Source of the DNA: a virus
IMG/VR virus record: IMGVR_UViG_3300026078_000023
Location: 29,290 to 93,289 of that record
Reading direction: 5' to 3' (one strand)
DNA length: 64,000 bases
The notes under the pieces are model-generated. The model saw nothing but the letters and a program-made list of their open reading frames with translations. It was not told where the DNA came from and made no database searches. The position numbers and the translations under genes are program-made. Positions 1-8,810 of this stretch are shown in pieces (within the stretch, counting starts at the first letter, position 1; every line of letters starts with the position of its first letter).

Positions 1-80
1 CCGCCGAACCTCGCGTGGTTGGCCACGTGGACGTCCGCCACCACGGCGAACCCTGACCGCTGCTTCTTCTTGGCCGCCAT
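1..80 (-). CDS. 5' end of a metallophosphoesterase (Mre11/SbcD/T4 gp47-like nuclease); runs off the window
   Basis: Hand translation MAAKKKQRSGFAVVADVHVANHARFG contains the hydrophobic strand plus D-x-H motif I; lies directly downstream of recA. Confidence 0.6.
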   Translation of the reverse strand, partial: MAAKKKQRSGFAVVADVHVANHARFG

Positions 81-82
81 GG

Positions 83-1111
83 TCACTCCTTCTCCGGTTC
101 TTCACCGAGGTCCACCTGGACGTCGGGGGCGTCCGGGTTCACCTCCCACCCGAGCGCTACCCGGGCCTCCTTGAGGGACCGGCACCCCTTGTCGACGCAC
201 CCGACCTCGCGGGCGAACCGCATGGTCGACCGCTGGTCGTCCCACCCGCGCTCGAAGTCGAGCAGGGCGTGCGCGCTGTTGTTGCCCGAGATGAGGTGGT
301 TCTTGTTCGCGCGGAATTTGACCCACTTGCCGACGGTGGCCTTGCCGCTCTTGAAGGGGCCGCCGTGCGTGAGGCCGATCCGCAGGGACGCGTACTGCTT
401 GATGGCGCGCCCGCCGGCCGTCTCCTCGGTGGGCCCGTACATGACCCCGATCTTCGACCGGAGCTGGTTGACCAGGATGACGATCGCCAGGCGCTCGGAC
501 ACTAGCTTGTTCACCCGGCGCAGGCCGCGCGACCAGCTGGACGCCATCGCCCCGGGGATCTCCGAGTCGCGCAGGTCCTCGTCGAGGGCCTTCTTCGGGG
601 TCGTGCTCGGGACCGAGTCGAGGATGAACACCAGCTTGTTGCGCGCGCCGAACTTGGTCAGCGTCAGCGCCACCGAGGAGAGCCACTCCTCGACCGTGTT
701 GCTGGGCAGCAGGAGGACGTCGTCCCGCTTCACCTGGAACACATCGACCCAGTTCGGTTGGACCTTCCGTTCGCTGTCTCCGAGCGACGCCGTGGCGCCG
801 TCGCGCTGGGCGGCGGCGATCAGGCCGTTGACGAACGACGACTTACCGGCGTCCTCGAGCCCGGAGATCTCGACGACGCGCCCGTAGGGCAGGCCGCCGA
901 TCCCGAAGACGTGGCGGTCGAGCACCTCGATCCCGGTGGGCAGGACCTCCTTGACCGCCGAGTAGCCGCCCGTGCCGAGCGTGTCGGCGGCGTGCTCGTC
1001 CTTGAAGTGCGCCCGCACCGTGTCGCGCATCTTCTCGGTGAGGGTGCGGTTGTCCTGCTTCTTCTGGCGCGGCTTCGCCGGCGCCCGCTTCCGCTTCGTG
1101 TTCTTGGGCAT
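83..1111 (-). CDS. recA: RecA/UvsX-like recombinase
   Basis: PTGIEVLD..GIGGLPYGRVVEISGLEDAGKS (Walker A), FILDSV (Walker B), NQLRSKIGVMYG..E.TAGGRAIK.YASLR; probable start MPKNTK at 1111. Confidence 0.95.
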   Translation of the reverse strand: MPKNTKRKRAPAKPRQKKQDNRTLTEKMRDTVRAHFKDEHAADTLGTGGYSAVKEVLPTGIEVLDRHVFGIGGLPYGRVVEISGLEDAGKSSFVNGLIAAAQRDGATASLGDSERKVQPNWVDVFQVKRDDVLLLPSNTVEEWLSSVALTLTKFGARNKLVFILDSVPSTTPKKALDEDLRDSEIPGAMASSWSRGLRRVNKLVSERLAIVILVNQLRSKIGVMYGPTEETAGGRAIKQYASLRIGLTHGGPFKSGKATVGKWVKFRANKNHLISGNNSAHALLDFERGWDDQRSTMRFAREVGCVDKGCRSLKEARVALGWEVNPDAPDVQVDLGEEPEKE

Positions 1112-1260
1112 CAGGAGTTTCCTAAAAATTTCCCGACCAGGCGCGCGCCACCCCCTGGGGCGAACCGCGGAGATCGCCCGGACCATGGCTTGGGAGGCAG
1201 GGATTGGGGCGACCCCCGGGACGACCCGGCGGTGGCGCGCGCGCTGAGCGGAAAGCTAGG

Positions 1261-2370
1261 TCAGACCCGGCGCCCCGCGGCGCGGTGGTCGCGCCGGTAG
1301 CCCCACACCCCGTCCACCTCGATCCAGTCCTCCTCTTTGCCGCCGGAGGCGGGCGGGAGCTGGCGGTTGGCAGGCGCGGCGGCGTACGGGTCGTTCGGAC
1401 CGTCGACGGCCGGGCGCTCGCCGGAGCCCTCGACGATGCCGCGCATGGCGGTGTCGTCGGGCATGTCACGGAATTTGGTCAGGTCGTGCATCTGCTTCAG
1501 CCAGCCCATGTTGGCGAGCTTGGTCCGGGCGCGACCGGGGGAGACCTCGTAGGTGGTCTTGTCGACCATCTTGTCCCCGATCTTGACCTTGTTCTTCTGG
1601 TCGACGGTGCGGTCGATCACCAGGTTGAAGCCGGTCTCCGGGTGGGAGAAGTCGCCGCCGAGCTGCTCGTCGGTCTCCGGCTGGGCGAATATCCGGTTGA
1701 TCTTCTCGAACAGGGTCATCGTCACCTGGAGCCCGCGCGGGCCGCGCTCCATCTCCTCGGGCTTGTCCAGACGAACCGCGTTCATGAAGATCTCCTCCTT
1801 GGAGGAGAGGTCCTTGGCGATGAACTCCGCCGATTTCAGCGCCGCGGACGCGCGGGCGATCTTGAACAGGACCGACACGAGCTTGCACGTGAAGCAAGGC
1901 TCGTCGTTCATCTTCGACAGGCACACCGTCGCCTTGAACCCCTTGCCGAGGCTCGAGGCCTCGATGTCCATCACGCCGAGCTCGTCGGAGATCTGCTTCT
2001 TGGCGTCCTCAGGCAGGGCGGCGAGGATCCGGGTGGCGTCGTTCAGGCGCTCGTTGTTCACGCTGTGCGTCCACACGCGGTACCACAGGCGCCGGGTGCC
2101 CCGGATGGGGGGCAGCACGCGCCAGGTGGACTTGCCCTCCGGCGGCTTGACGACGGCGCCGGCGCGGCGCCGCTCCTCGGCGTCCTCCTCGTACTGGCCG
2201 TAGTCCTCGCGGACCCAATCCGGGTCGGCAGGTTCCCAGTCGGTCTCGCCAGTCGTCTCGACCGCGCCCTGGGCCTCCTGCTGGGCCCGGGCGACGTCCT
2301 TCGTCTCCCCGGCCCCCGCCGCCGCCGTCCCCTGCTCGGTCTCCGCTGCCTTCGTTCCCTTGCGTGCCAT
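1261..2370 (-). CDS. T4 gp32-like single-stranded DNA-binding protein
   Basis: KPPEGKSTWRVLPP, H..VC...EPCFTC metal-binding motif, DFSHPETGFNLVIDRT, TTYEVSP, acidic tail; adjacent to recA and uvsY-like genes. Confidence 0.8.
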   Translation of the reverse strand: MARKGTKAAETEQGTAAAGAGETKDVARAQQEAQGAVETTGETDWEPADPDWVREDYGQYEEDAEERRRAGAVVKPPEGKSTWRVLPPIRGTRRLWYRVWTHSVNNERLNDATRILAALPEDAKKQISDELGVMDIEASSLGKGFKATVCLSKMNDEPCFTCKLVSVLFKIARASAALKSAEFIAKDLSSKEEIFMNAVRLDKPEEMERGPRGLQVTMTLFEKINRIFAQPETDEQLGGDFSHPETGFNLVIDRTVDQKNKVKIGDKMVDKTTYEVSPGRARTKLANMGWLKQMHDLTKFRDMPDDTAMRGIVEGSGERPAVDGPNDPYAAAPANRQLPPASGGKEEDWIEVDGVWGYRRDHRAAGRRV

Positions 2371-2438
2371 GTGCTTGTCTCCGTTCGCGTGGTTGGTGAG
2401 GTGGTGTCTTCGTGTCGTTCGTGTGTTGGCCGGAGGTT

Positions 2439-2918
2439 CTACCTCGGCCGCCGGTCTCGGATCGACGGGTCGTTCTCGGCCTGCACCCGGAGGTCGGCCC
2501 CCAGGGAGACCAGCATCTCGCGCTTGGCGTTCACGGCGTCGACCATGTCCTGGGCCCGGGACTTGTTCGCCGCCACCTCCGCCACCTTCCGGCGAGCCCC
2601 CTGGTACTCCTCGTCGAGCACCAAGGCGTCGGCCGCCTGGTCCTCGGTCAGCGGCTTGATCTTCGTCCCGGCGCCGGCCGTTTCGATCTCCTCGAGCCGG
2701 GCCTTGCGGACGGCGGTCTTCACCCGCGCCTCCACCACCTCGAGGTCGAGCTCGGCGACCCGGAGCGCGAAGGCCGCCTCCGTGCGCTCGCTCAGCCAGC
2801 GGTGCAGCGTGGACGGGAGCTGGACGTACTCCTCCTGGATGGCCCCCGGCCGGATGGAGACGGCCCGCCGGATCTCCGCGGCGGTCTCTTGCCCCTGGGG
2901 CTTGACTGGCGCCGCCAT
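2439..2918 (-). CDS. UvsY-like recombination mediator
   Basis: Helical 159-aa protein with pattern IQEEYVQLP...LTEDQAADALVLDEEY...DAVNAKREMLVSLGADLR; lies next to the SSB and RecA genes. Confidence 0.65.
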   Translation of the reverse strand: MAAPVKPQGQETAAEIRRAVSIRPGAIQEEYVQLPSTLHRWLSERTEAAFALRVAELDLEVVEARVKTAVRKARLEEIETAGAGTKIKPLTEDQAADALVLDEEYQGARRKVAEVAANKSRAQDMVDAVNAKREMLVSLGADLRVQAENDPSIRDRRPR

Positions 2919-3469
2919 CAGCGCGCCAGCGCCTGCTTGAGGGCCTCGGTGAGTTTGCCGGCCAAGACGGCGTCGACCTGCGCCTTGACCGAGGTGCGCG
3001 CCTCGTCGACGACCTTGGTCATTTCCCTGGAGAACACCTCCTGCACGGCGGTGTGGATCATGCTCTGGAGCAGCGTCTTGTTGCTGCTCCGGTCGCCGCT
3101 CGGTGAGTTGAGGGACGTCACCACCAGCTCGGCGATGGTCCTGCGCTTCAGCTCCTTGCCCGAGTACACCTCGTGCTCGGGGATGCCCTCGGCGATCACG
3201 CGCGCCACCTCGGCGCCGACCAGGTCGCGCACGACCTCCGGGGTGATGGTGTTGACCGCCTCCTGAGCGCGCCGCTGGATCTCCTTCTGCGCCTGCTCCT
3301 TCCAGCCGCGCGCCACGATGATGCTCTCGAGCGCGCCGGTCATGACGTGCTCGAGCGCCGACACTGGGATCCCGCCGATCATCACGGTCGTCGCCTGCGA
3401 CGCCGCCTGGTTCGCGCGCGCCTCCTCGTACTCCCGCTCGTCTGGTTCTTCCGATCCGAATTCGCTCAT
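2918..3469 (-). CDS. Hypothetical helical protein
   Basis: ORF with SD (GAGGAG), typical codon bias, coupled to the downstream gene. Confidence 0.7.
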   Translation of the reverse strand: MSEFGSEEPDEREYEEARANQAASQATTVMIGGIPVSALEHVMTGALESIIVARGWKEQAQKEIQRRAQEAVNTITPEVVRDLVGAEVARVIAEGIPEHEVYSGKELKRRTIAELVVTSLNSPSGDRSSNKTLLQSMIHTAVQEVFSREMTKVVDEARTSVKAQVDAVLAGKLTEALKQALAR

Positions 3470-3500
3470 CTCGATCTCCTCTCGCGTTCGTCGTCTTCGT

Positions 3501-4076
3501 TCAGAGCAGGTCCTCGCAGGTGGCCTCGACGCGCTCGCGGAGCACGTCGGGCGGGACCACCTCGAGCACCGGGACGGCTCCGGCTGCCTGGAGCTGGGCG
3601 CAGGCGCGGTAGGCCTCCTCGGCCGTCTCGCACCCCTGCCGGCGGAGGGCCAGGACGAGCTGGCGCATGGTCTTCACCTTCGCGAGCGCCCCGACGTCCA
3701 GCCCCGATCCACCAGCAGGAGCGGCACCTCCGGCGGGTCCCGGCGGAACAGCGGCGACAGGTCCACCTGCCCGCCGTGGGACAGGGCCAGGAGCATCCGG
3801 TCCTGAACCGGCAGTACCACCAGTGGCGGCAGGGACGGGACCACCATCGGTGGCCGCGCCCGCTCCGCCTCGAACCACCTCCGGAGTTTCCGCCGGCCGA
3901 GCCGGTTGAGACGCCCCCGGTGCACCAGGAGCACCTGCTTTCGCCGCCGAGCCCTTCGCTTCGATGCCATGCGCTTCCCCCTCCTTCGCCGGACCCAGTG
4001 CGTTGCGGAACGCGAGGAGCGTGTCCAGGAACACCTGCTCCGACGAGTCACCTTCGATCTCGATCTTGATCCTCAT
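3501..4076 (-). CDS. Hypothetical protein with Ala/Gly/Pro-rich linker
   Basis: Start MRIKIEIEG overlaps the upstream stop (ATGA) and lies 7 nt after a CCGGCCAACAC motif. Confidence 0.7.
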   Translation of the reverse strand: MRIKIEIEGDSSEQVFLDTLLAFRNALGPAKEGEAHGIEAKGSAAKAGAPGAPGASQPARPAETPEVVRGGAGAATDGGPVPAATGGTAGSGPDAPGPVPRRAGGPVAAVPPGPAGGAAPAGGSGLDVGALAKVKTMRQLVLALRRQGCETAEEAYRACAQLQAAGAVPVLEVVPPDVLRERVEATCEDLL

Positions 4077-4372
4077 GCCCGACGTGTTGGCCGGGGCAGG
4101 ACGGTCCCGCACTCGCGGCACACGTGGACCACGTCTCCGAGGCCGATCCCGATGGTCGAGCAGACCACATCGAGGACGCTCATCCGGACGCGCAGCCGCC
4201 TCCCTCGCTCCAACCTGGACACGAACATGACGCTCCTGCCGAGTGCGGCGGCGACGTCTTCCTGCCTGACGCCGATTCGCTCGCGGGCCAATCTCAGCGC
4301 CGCGCCGATCCCGGGCGTCGCCGACACCCAGACCTCCTTCTTCGCCCGCGGCCTGCGGAGGTCAGGCATCAC
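4073..4372 (-). CDS. XRE-family HTH regulator with C-terminal CxxC
   Basis: IGAALRLARERIGVRQEDVAAALGRSVMFVSRLERG; C-terminal CRECG. Confidence 0.8.
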   Translation of the reverse strand: MMPDLRRPRAKKEVWVSATPGIGAALRLARERIGVRQEDVAAALGRSVMFVSRLERGRRLRVRMSVLDVVCSTIGIGLGDVVHVCRECGTVLPRPTRRA

Positions 4373-5751
4373 GGACCCGGGTCGTCTGGGGCGTCATAAA
4401 AGGCGGTGTAGCGCCCGTCCCACTGGACCGGGACCTGGCCCTCCACGTCGTCGCGGAACTTCGCGACGATGAGGGTCGCGTCCACCGGACCGCCGTTCCC
4501 CCGGTCGGCCTGGTCGCGCCACGGGAACATGACCACGTCGGCGTCCTGCTCGAGGGCGCCCGACTCGCGGAGGTCTGAGATGCGCGGGGGGCGCGGCTTC
4601 TTGTCCTTGGTCGCTTCGCGCGACAGGTGGACGATGAGGACGATCGTGATGCCGGTCGACTCGGCCAGCTTCTTGAGCGTCCTGGACATCATGTCGACGT
4701 CGGCCTTGCGGTCGCGCCCCGGATCCTCGGGGACCGTGAGGGACATCGAGTCGATCGCGACGACCTTCTTCGGCACCTCCCCCTCGCCGCGCGCAGCCGC
4801 GGCGCTGTTCACCGCGTAGGCCCACCGCCTGATCTCGGCGATCATGAGCTCGAACGTCAGGTCGTTCCGGTCGTCGATGGTGAGCGGAGCGGGGTCGAGC
4901 CTCTTGCCGGCCTCGTTGATCTGCCACCACTCGTCCTTGTTGAGCCGCGCGTGCTTGATCTTGCGCGCCTCCACCTTCGCGATGAACGAGATCATCTTCT
5001 CGACGATGCGCTGCTCGCCCATCTCCTGGCTGAAGAACAGCGAGTGGGCGGCGTCCGAGAGCGCGACCCGGACGAGCGTCGTGAGCACGTAGCTCGTCTT
5101 CGCGGCGCCGGGGCGACCGGCGACGATCACGTAGCCGCCGACCGGCCACCCGCCGAACTTGTCGTCGAAGGCGCGGATGCCGGTCGGGATCGCCACCGCG
5201 TGCTTCTTGCCCTCGCGCGCCTCCACCCGCTCGAGCACGCGCCCGACCACCTTGCCGACGCGCCGGGGTCCGTTCTCGCGCGCGTACGATCCGATCTGCT
5301 CGAGGTGACGCAGGTACTCGCCGGCCAGCTCCTCGGCGCTGGCGGCGGCGCCGTACGCGCGCCCGACCATCTCGCTTCCGTACGCGATCAGCTTCCGGAG
5401 CTCGGATTTCTCGCGCACGATGCGCGCGTAGTGCATCACAGCCTCCGACGTCGGGACGATGTTCGAGAGCTTGAGCAGGTACATCTCCCCGTCGGGGAGC
5501 CCTGACATCCGGTGCTTGTCGCGCAGGCGAGACGCGATCGTGATGACGTCGACCGAACTGCCGGACGCCTCCACCTCCTCGATCGCCTCCCAGATCTCCC
5601 GGTGCATCGGGAGCAGGAAGTCCTCCGTGCCGACCACCGCGCGCACGGCTGCCAGCCGCCCGGGCGCCTGTAGGATCGCGCCCAGCACCGCCATCTCGGC
5701 GTTCGGGTCACCGGGCGTCTTCCGCGTCCGGCCGTCAGTGGGCAGCGCCAT
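4369..5751 (-). CDS. dnaB: Replicative DNA helicase DnaB
   Basis: AEMAVLGAIL N-domain, IPTGIRAFD, AGRPGAAKT, FFSQEM, HLSR, PRISDLRESGALEQDADVVMF, IVAKFR. Confidence 0.95.
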   Translation of the reverse strand: MALPTDGRTRKTPGDPNAEMAVLGAILQAPGRLAAVRAVVGTEDFLLPMHREIWEAIEEVEASGSSVDVITIASRLRDKHRMSGLPDGEMYLLKLSNIVPTSEAVMHYARIVREKSELRKLIAYGSEMVGRAYGAAASAEELAGEYLRHLEQIGSYARENGPRRVGKVVGRVLERVEAREGKKHAVAIPTGIRAFDDKFGGWPVGGYVIVAGRPGAAKTSYVLTTLVRVALSDAAHSLFFSQEMGEQRIVEKMISFIAKVEARKIKHARLNKDEWWQINEAGKRLDPAPLTIDDRNDLTFELMIAEIRRWAYAVNSAAAARGEGEVPKKVVAIDSMSLTVPEDPGRDRKADVDMMSRTLKKLAESTGITIVLIVHLSREATKDKKPRPPRISDLRESGALEQDADVVMFPWRDQADRGNGGPVDATLIVAKFRDDVEGQVPVQWDGRYTAFYDAPDDPGP

Positions 5752-6231
5752 CTACCGCACCAGGCGCTGATCGCACGCGATGGCGTCGAGGACGATCCGC
5801 GGGCGCGGAAGGATGCAGACCACCCCGGGCGGCAGTCCGTTCGTCACCTGGATGAGGACGCCCTCGCCGCCGTTCACCTTGGCGCGCGGGTTCCGGCACG
5901 CGAGGCCGGCGCGGTGCTCGCACGGGCCGCAGAGCCGCGGGAAGGAGCCGGGGACCCCGGTCTCCCGCGCGTAGAGGCGCGGGTGCGCCGTCACCGCCCG
6001 GGAGCACCGCTCGTGGTCGCGCGCCACGAACACTAACGCCGCGTCGCCGGCGATCGGCCAATCACGCTCGTCGTGCTCGCGGAAGACCACCAGGTCCTCC
6101 GGGCTTCCGGGCGGGAGACCGCACAGGTTGCAGGCGGAGAGCGGGTCGCTCGGCCTTCGCGGGTGCCGGCTGAGCGGGACCGACTGCTGGATCGCCTTCG
6201 GGTCGTACTTCGGCTGGGGAGCTCGTCGCAT
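5752..6231 (-). CDS. Cys/His-rich hypothetical protein
   Basis: CNLCG, CGPCEH and other Cys pairs; a variant class II motif (CAGGCCAACAT) lies upstream. Confidence 0.6.
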   Translation of the reverse strand: MRRAPQPKYDPKAIQQSVPLSRHPRRPSDPLSACNLCGLPPGSPEDLVVFREHDERDWPIAGDAALVFVARDHERCSRAVTAHPRLYARETGVPGSFPRLCGPCEHRAGLACRNPRAKVNGGEGVLIQVTNGLPPGVVCILPRPRIVLDAIACDQRLVR

Positions 6232-6436
6232 GCTTGAACCTCGCCTCGATGTTGGCCTGACGCTCCGGGTGCGCCGTGAACCGCATGCAGGGTTGCTCGA
6301 CGGCTGGCTGGTTCTTGGCCAATTTGACCTGCCACCCGCGGCGCCGGAACCGGGTGACGCACGCCGCGCACATGATCTCGTGGCTGTCCCACTCGCGCTT
6401 GATCTCGTAGACCAGCCCGCGCGCCAGCGCGCTCAC
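6062..6436 (-). CDS. Possible small hypothetical protein (CAAC motif); overlaps the next gene
   Basis: GTGA overlap with the DnaC-like stop; VSALARGLVYEIKREWDSHEIMCAAC; the 170-nt 3' overlap makes it uncertain. Confidence 0.4.
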   Translation of the reverse strand: MSALARGLVYEIKREWDSHEIMCAACVTRFRRRGWQVKLAKNQPAVEQPCMRFTAHPERQANIEARFKHATSSPAEVRPEGDPAVGPAQPAPAKAERPALRLQPVRSPARKPGGPGGLPRARRA

Positions 6437-7098
6437 GAGACGCGCCGCCCGCGCAGGCTCTCGCCTTCGAATTGGATGAAGGCGCCGAGGGAGCGGACGC
6501 GCTCGGCCACCCGCTCGAAGCGGTACCGCGCCCGCACGTCGTCGACGAGGAGGTTCGTCGTCACGATCGTCAGGCGATGGTCCTCTGCGCGGCTGACGGT
6601 GACCTCCTCGAACAGCGTCCAGAACGACCCGCGCTCGTCGTTGAACTCGCTGCCCAGGTCGTCGACCACCAGCACCTGCGGCGAGAGCAGCCGGTCCACC
6701 TCGTCGGCGTCGTAGCGGTTCCAGCGCGCCAGCTGCATCGAGCGCACGAACAGCGCGCTCGAGACCCCCGGCCGCGTCGCCGCCCAGCACGCCGCCACCG
6801 ACTTCCCGGTCCCGACCCTCCCGGCCAAGAACACCAGGCTCTCGTGCGGGGCGAGCGAGCGCACCGCCGCCATCGGTTCCGTCAGGGTCGTCCCGGACTC
6901 CGCGAGCAGGACGTCCGCGATCACCCGCGGGACCCCGACCTCGTCCCGCATCCACCGCGCCTCCGCCGCGCGCCGCTCGGCTGCCTCCTCCCGCTCGGCC
7001 GCCGCCGCCGCCGCGATACCCTCGTCCGTCTTCGACCACGCCTCGAGGCGCGGCAGGTAGTCGCCGAACGTCTCGCCCTTCGCGCGCACCGGCTTCAC
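6433..7098 (-). CDS. DnaC/IstB-like AAA+ helicase loader
   Basis: GRVGTGKS Walker A, VLVVDDLGSE Walker B, TIVTTNL, ERVAERV, GESLR; GTG start overlaps the initiator stop. Confidence 0.9.
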   Translation of the reverse strand: MKPVRAKGETFGDYLPRLEAWSKTDEGIAAAAAAEREEAAERRAAEARWMRDEVGVPRVIADVLLAESGTTLTEPMAAVRSLAPHESLVFLAGRVGTGKSVAACWAATRPGVSSALFVRSMQLARWNRYDADEVDRLLSPQVLVVDDLGSEFNDERGSFWTLFEEVTVSRAEDHRLTIVTTNLLVDDVRARYRFERVAERVRSLGAFIQFEGESLRGRRVS

Positions 7099-8009
7099 AG
7101 CCCGACCCTCCCGGCCTTGAACGCGCCGCTCGAGACACCCGCGTAGCCGACGCCGTTCGACCTGGCCGCCCCGTTCCGCGGCCTGGCAGGCAGCCACTCC
7201 TGGTTGTGGCACTTGCCGTTGAACCACGTGGACAGGTCCTTCACGAACCCGGCCGCCGGCCGGTCCGAGAGCATGTACGCCGACCAGCTGGCGGCGACCA
7301 GGTCGAGCGGCGGCCGGCCGACCTTCACCCACGCGCGGTGGGCGGCGTCCTTCCCACCGCGCCGGCCGGTGACCGCCCAGATCGCCTCGAAGACCTCCGT
7401 GTAGCGCGGGGGGCGCGGCGGCGCGGCGGCGGCGCGCGGAACCTCCGGGTCTGCCTCTCCCGGAAGAGGCACAGAGACCAGACCAGGGATCACCGCTTGG
7501 TTCCCGGGGTTAGTTTTCGTTTTCGGCTCGGGCACATTTGTTTGTTCCGATCCGAAGGATCGGATGGAGGGAACGGGAAGGGGGGGAGAGGAGGGGAGAG
7601 GAAGGGAAGGGGGTTTCGCTTCGGTTTCCGTCCGCTTAACCGACCGGTTTACCGGTAGGTTTTCAGGTTCGGAAATCGCAGGCTTTTTTGGCCTACCCTT
7701 GCTTTTCGCACCGTTCGCGCGCTTGGACTCGACCAGGCGCTGGCCGTGGTAGTCGTAGGCCTCGACGAAGAGGCCCCCGTCGACCCACTTGCAGAGGGAC
7801 GCCTCGGTCGCCGCCTCGACGTCTTCTTGGGTCACGCCGGCGCACAGCATCAGCGCCCGGGCGCTGGACAGGCGAGTGAGCGGGAGCGTGTCCGTCTCGG
7901 CCTTCGCCGCGGCCGCCGCCAGCCTGAGCCAGACCCCGACGGCCGCGTGGGGGGCGTCGGCGAAGGGTGGGCGGTTGAGGACCTCCTGGTAGACCGCCGC
8001 GAACTTCAC
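7095..8009 (-). CDS. Phage replication initiator (lambda O/replisome-organiser-like)
   Basis: N-terminal winged-helix-like region, low-complexity linker, C-terminal FEAIWAVTGRRGGKDAAHRAW...FVKDLSTWFN; directly upstream of DnaC and DnaB. Confidence 0.75.
   Translation of the reverse strand: MKFAAVYQEVLNRPPFADAPHAAVGVWLRLAAAAAKAETDTLPLTRLSSARALMLCAGVTQEDVEAATEASLCKWVDGGLFVEAYDYHGQRLVESKRANGAKSKGRPKKPAISEPENLPVNRSVKRTETEAKPPSLPLPSSPPLPVPSIRSFGSEQTNVPEPKTKTNPGNQAVIPGLVSVPLPGEADPEVPRAAAAPPRPPRYTEVFEAIWAVTGRRGGKDAAHRAWVKVGRPPLDLVAASWSAYMLSDRPAAGFVKDLSTWFNGKCHNQEWLPARPRNGAARSNGVGYAGVSSGAFKAGRVGL
7480..7710. other. Putative replication origin inside the initiator gene
   Basis: Local drop in GC, repeated GGTTT/GGTTC words, purine tract 7565-7612, perfect hairpin TCCGATCC-GAA-GGATCGGA at 7546-7564. 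Confidence 0.45.
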
Positions 8010-8010
8010 C

Positions 8011-8138
8011 GGCGACCCCCGCGTGTCGCCTGAACAACCCGTCCCGTCTCGCGGAGCCCCCCCGGTGACCCTTGCCTAGGGGGCCACATGGTTGGACGAG
8101 CGCAACGGGTTGACCAGGGGACACGCGAGGATGTCGCC
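8011..8138 (-). ncRNA. Long imperfect rod-like hairpin (cis-leader or small RNA) immediately 5' of the initiator start
   Basis: Arms 8011-8042 and 8105-8138 are near-perfect reverse complements; inner stems continue the pairing. Confidence 0.5.
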
Positions 8139-8234
8139 ATCGGGGGAAGCTCCTTAGTTTTGGGGACCGGAAGAGGAACCCGGGTCGGCGATTTTCGCCG
8201 GCACGGTAGGCAGGCGGAACGATACCCGATTTTG

Positions 8235-8810
8235 TTACAGACCGGAAACGCGACCCTCCCGGCCGACCAGGCGGGCGACCGCGGCGCGGGCGCGTTCGTA
8301 CGCGCCTGGTTCGTTCCAGGCGCGGCAGAGGCCGCTCGGGTGGGGCAGGGACACGTACGGGACCGAGATCGCCTCGCCTTGCGCGAACCAGACCCCTTCC
8401 GCGAAGGGTTCGTATGGCACCCGGAACGCCTGGGCGACCCTGGCGCCCAGGAAGACCATGGGCAGCCGGCACGCCCGGAGGGCCTCGAGGCCGACCTCGG
8501 CGGCCCGCTCCCTGGCCTCCGCCAGGCGCCACGTCCGGCGGCACAGGTTCACCCGGCGGAAGTCCCGCACGTAGGTGCGGACGTCGACCCCCAGTACCAG
8601 CCGGCACAGGCGGTCCCCGGACGACCCGGCCGGCTTCGGGAAGAGGGCCATCTCCGGGCGGCCGCCGTAGGGGTTCGCCTCGCCGACCAGGACGGCGATG
8701 CGGGCGTCCTCGAGCAGCGGGTCGCGCCACCGGTGGCTCGGCAGGACGATCGCCGCCGCGATGTTGTCGACCAGGGCCTGGTCGATTTTGACCTTGGGTT
8801 TGTTTTTCAC
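8235..8810 (-). CDS. Uracil-DNA glycosylase superfamily protein
   Basis: VLVGEANP, SSGDRL, RVNLC, VFLGARVAQAF, LPHPSG motifs; GTG start overlaps the helicase stop. Confidence 0.75.
   Translation of the reverse strand: MKNKPKVKIDQALVDNIAAAIVLPSHRWRDPLLEDARIAVLVGEANPYGGRPEMALFPKPAGSSGDRLCRLVLGVDVRTYVRDFRRVNLCRRTWRLAEARERAAEVGLEALRACRLPMVFLGARVAQAFRVPYEPFAEGVWFAQGEAISVPYVSLPHPSGLCRAWNEPGAYERARAAVARLVGREGRVSGL

Noticed and set aside
1141-1242. tRNA-like cloverleaf with GGTTCG
   Set aside because: No proper T-arm, anticodon arm or CCA geometry; kept only as a structured leader.
8011-8138. 6S or SRP RNA identity for the long hairpin
   Set aside because: It is too short and lacks a clear central bubble for 6S, and it lacks the SRP GNRA-loop/AGCAG signature; identity left open.
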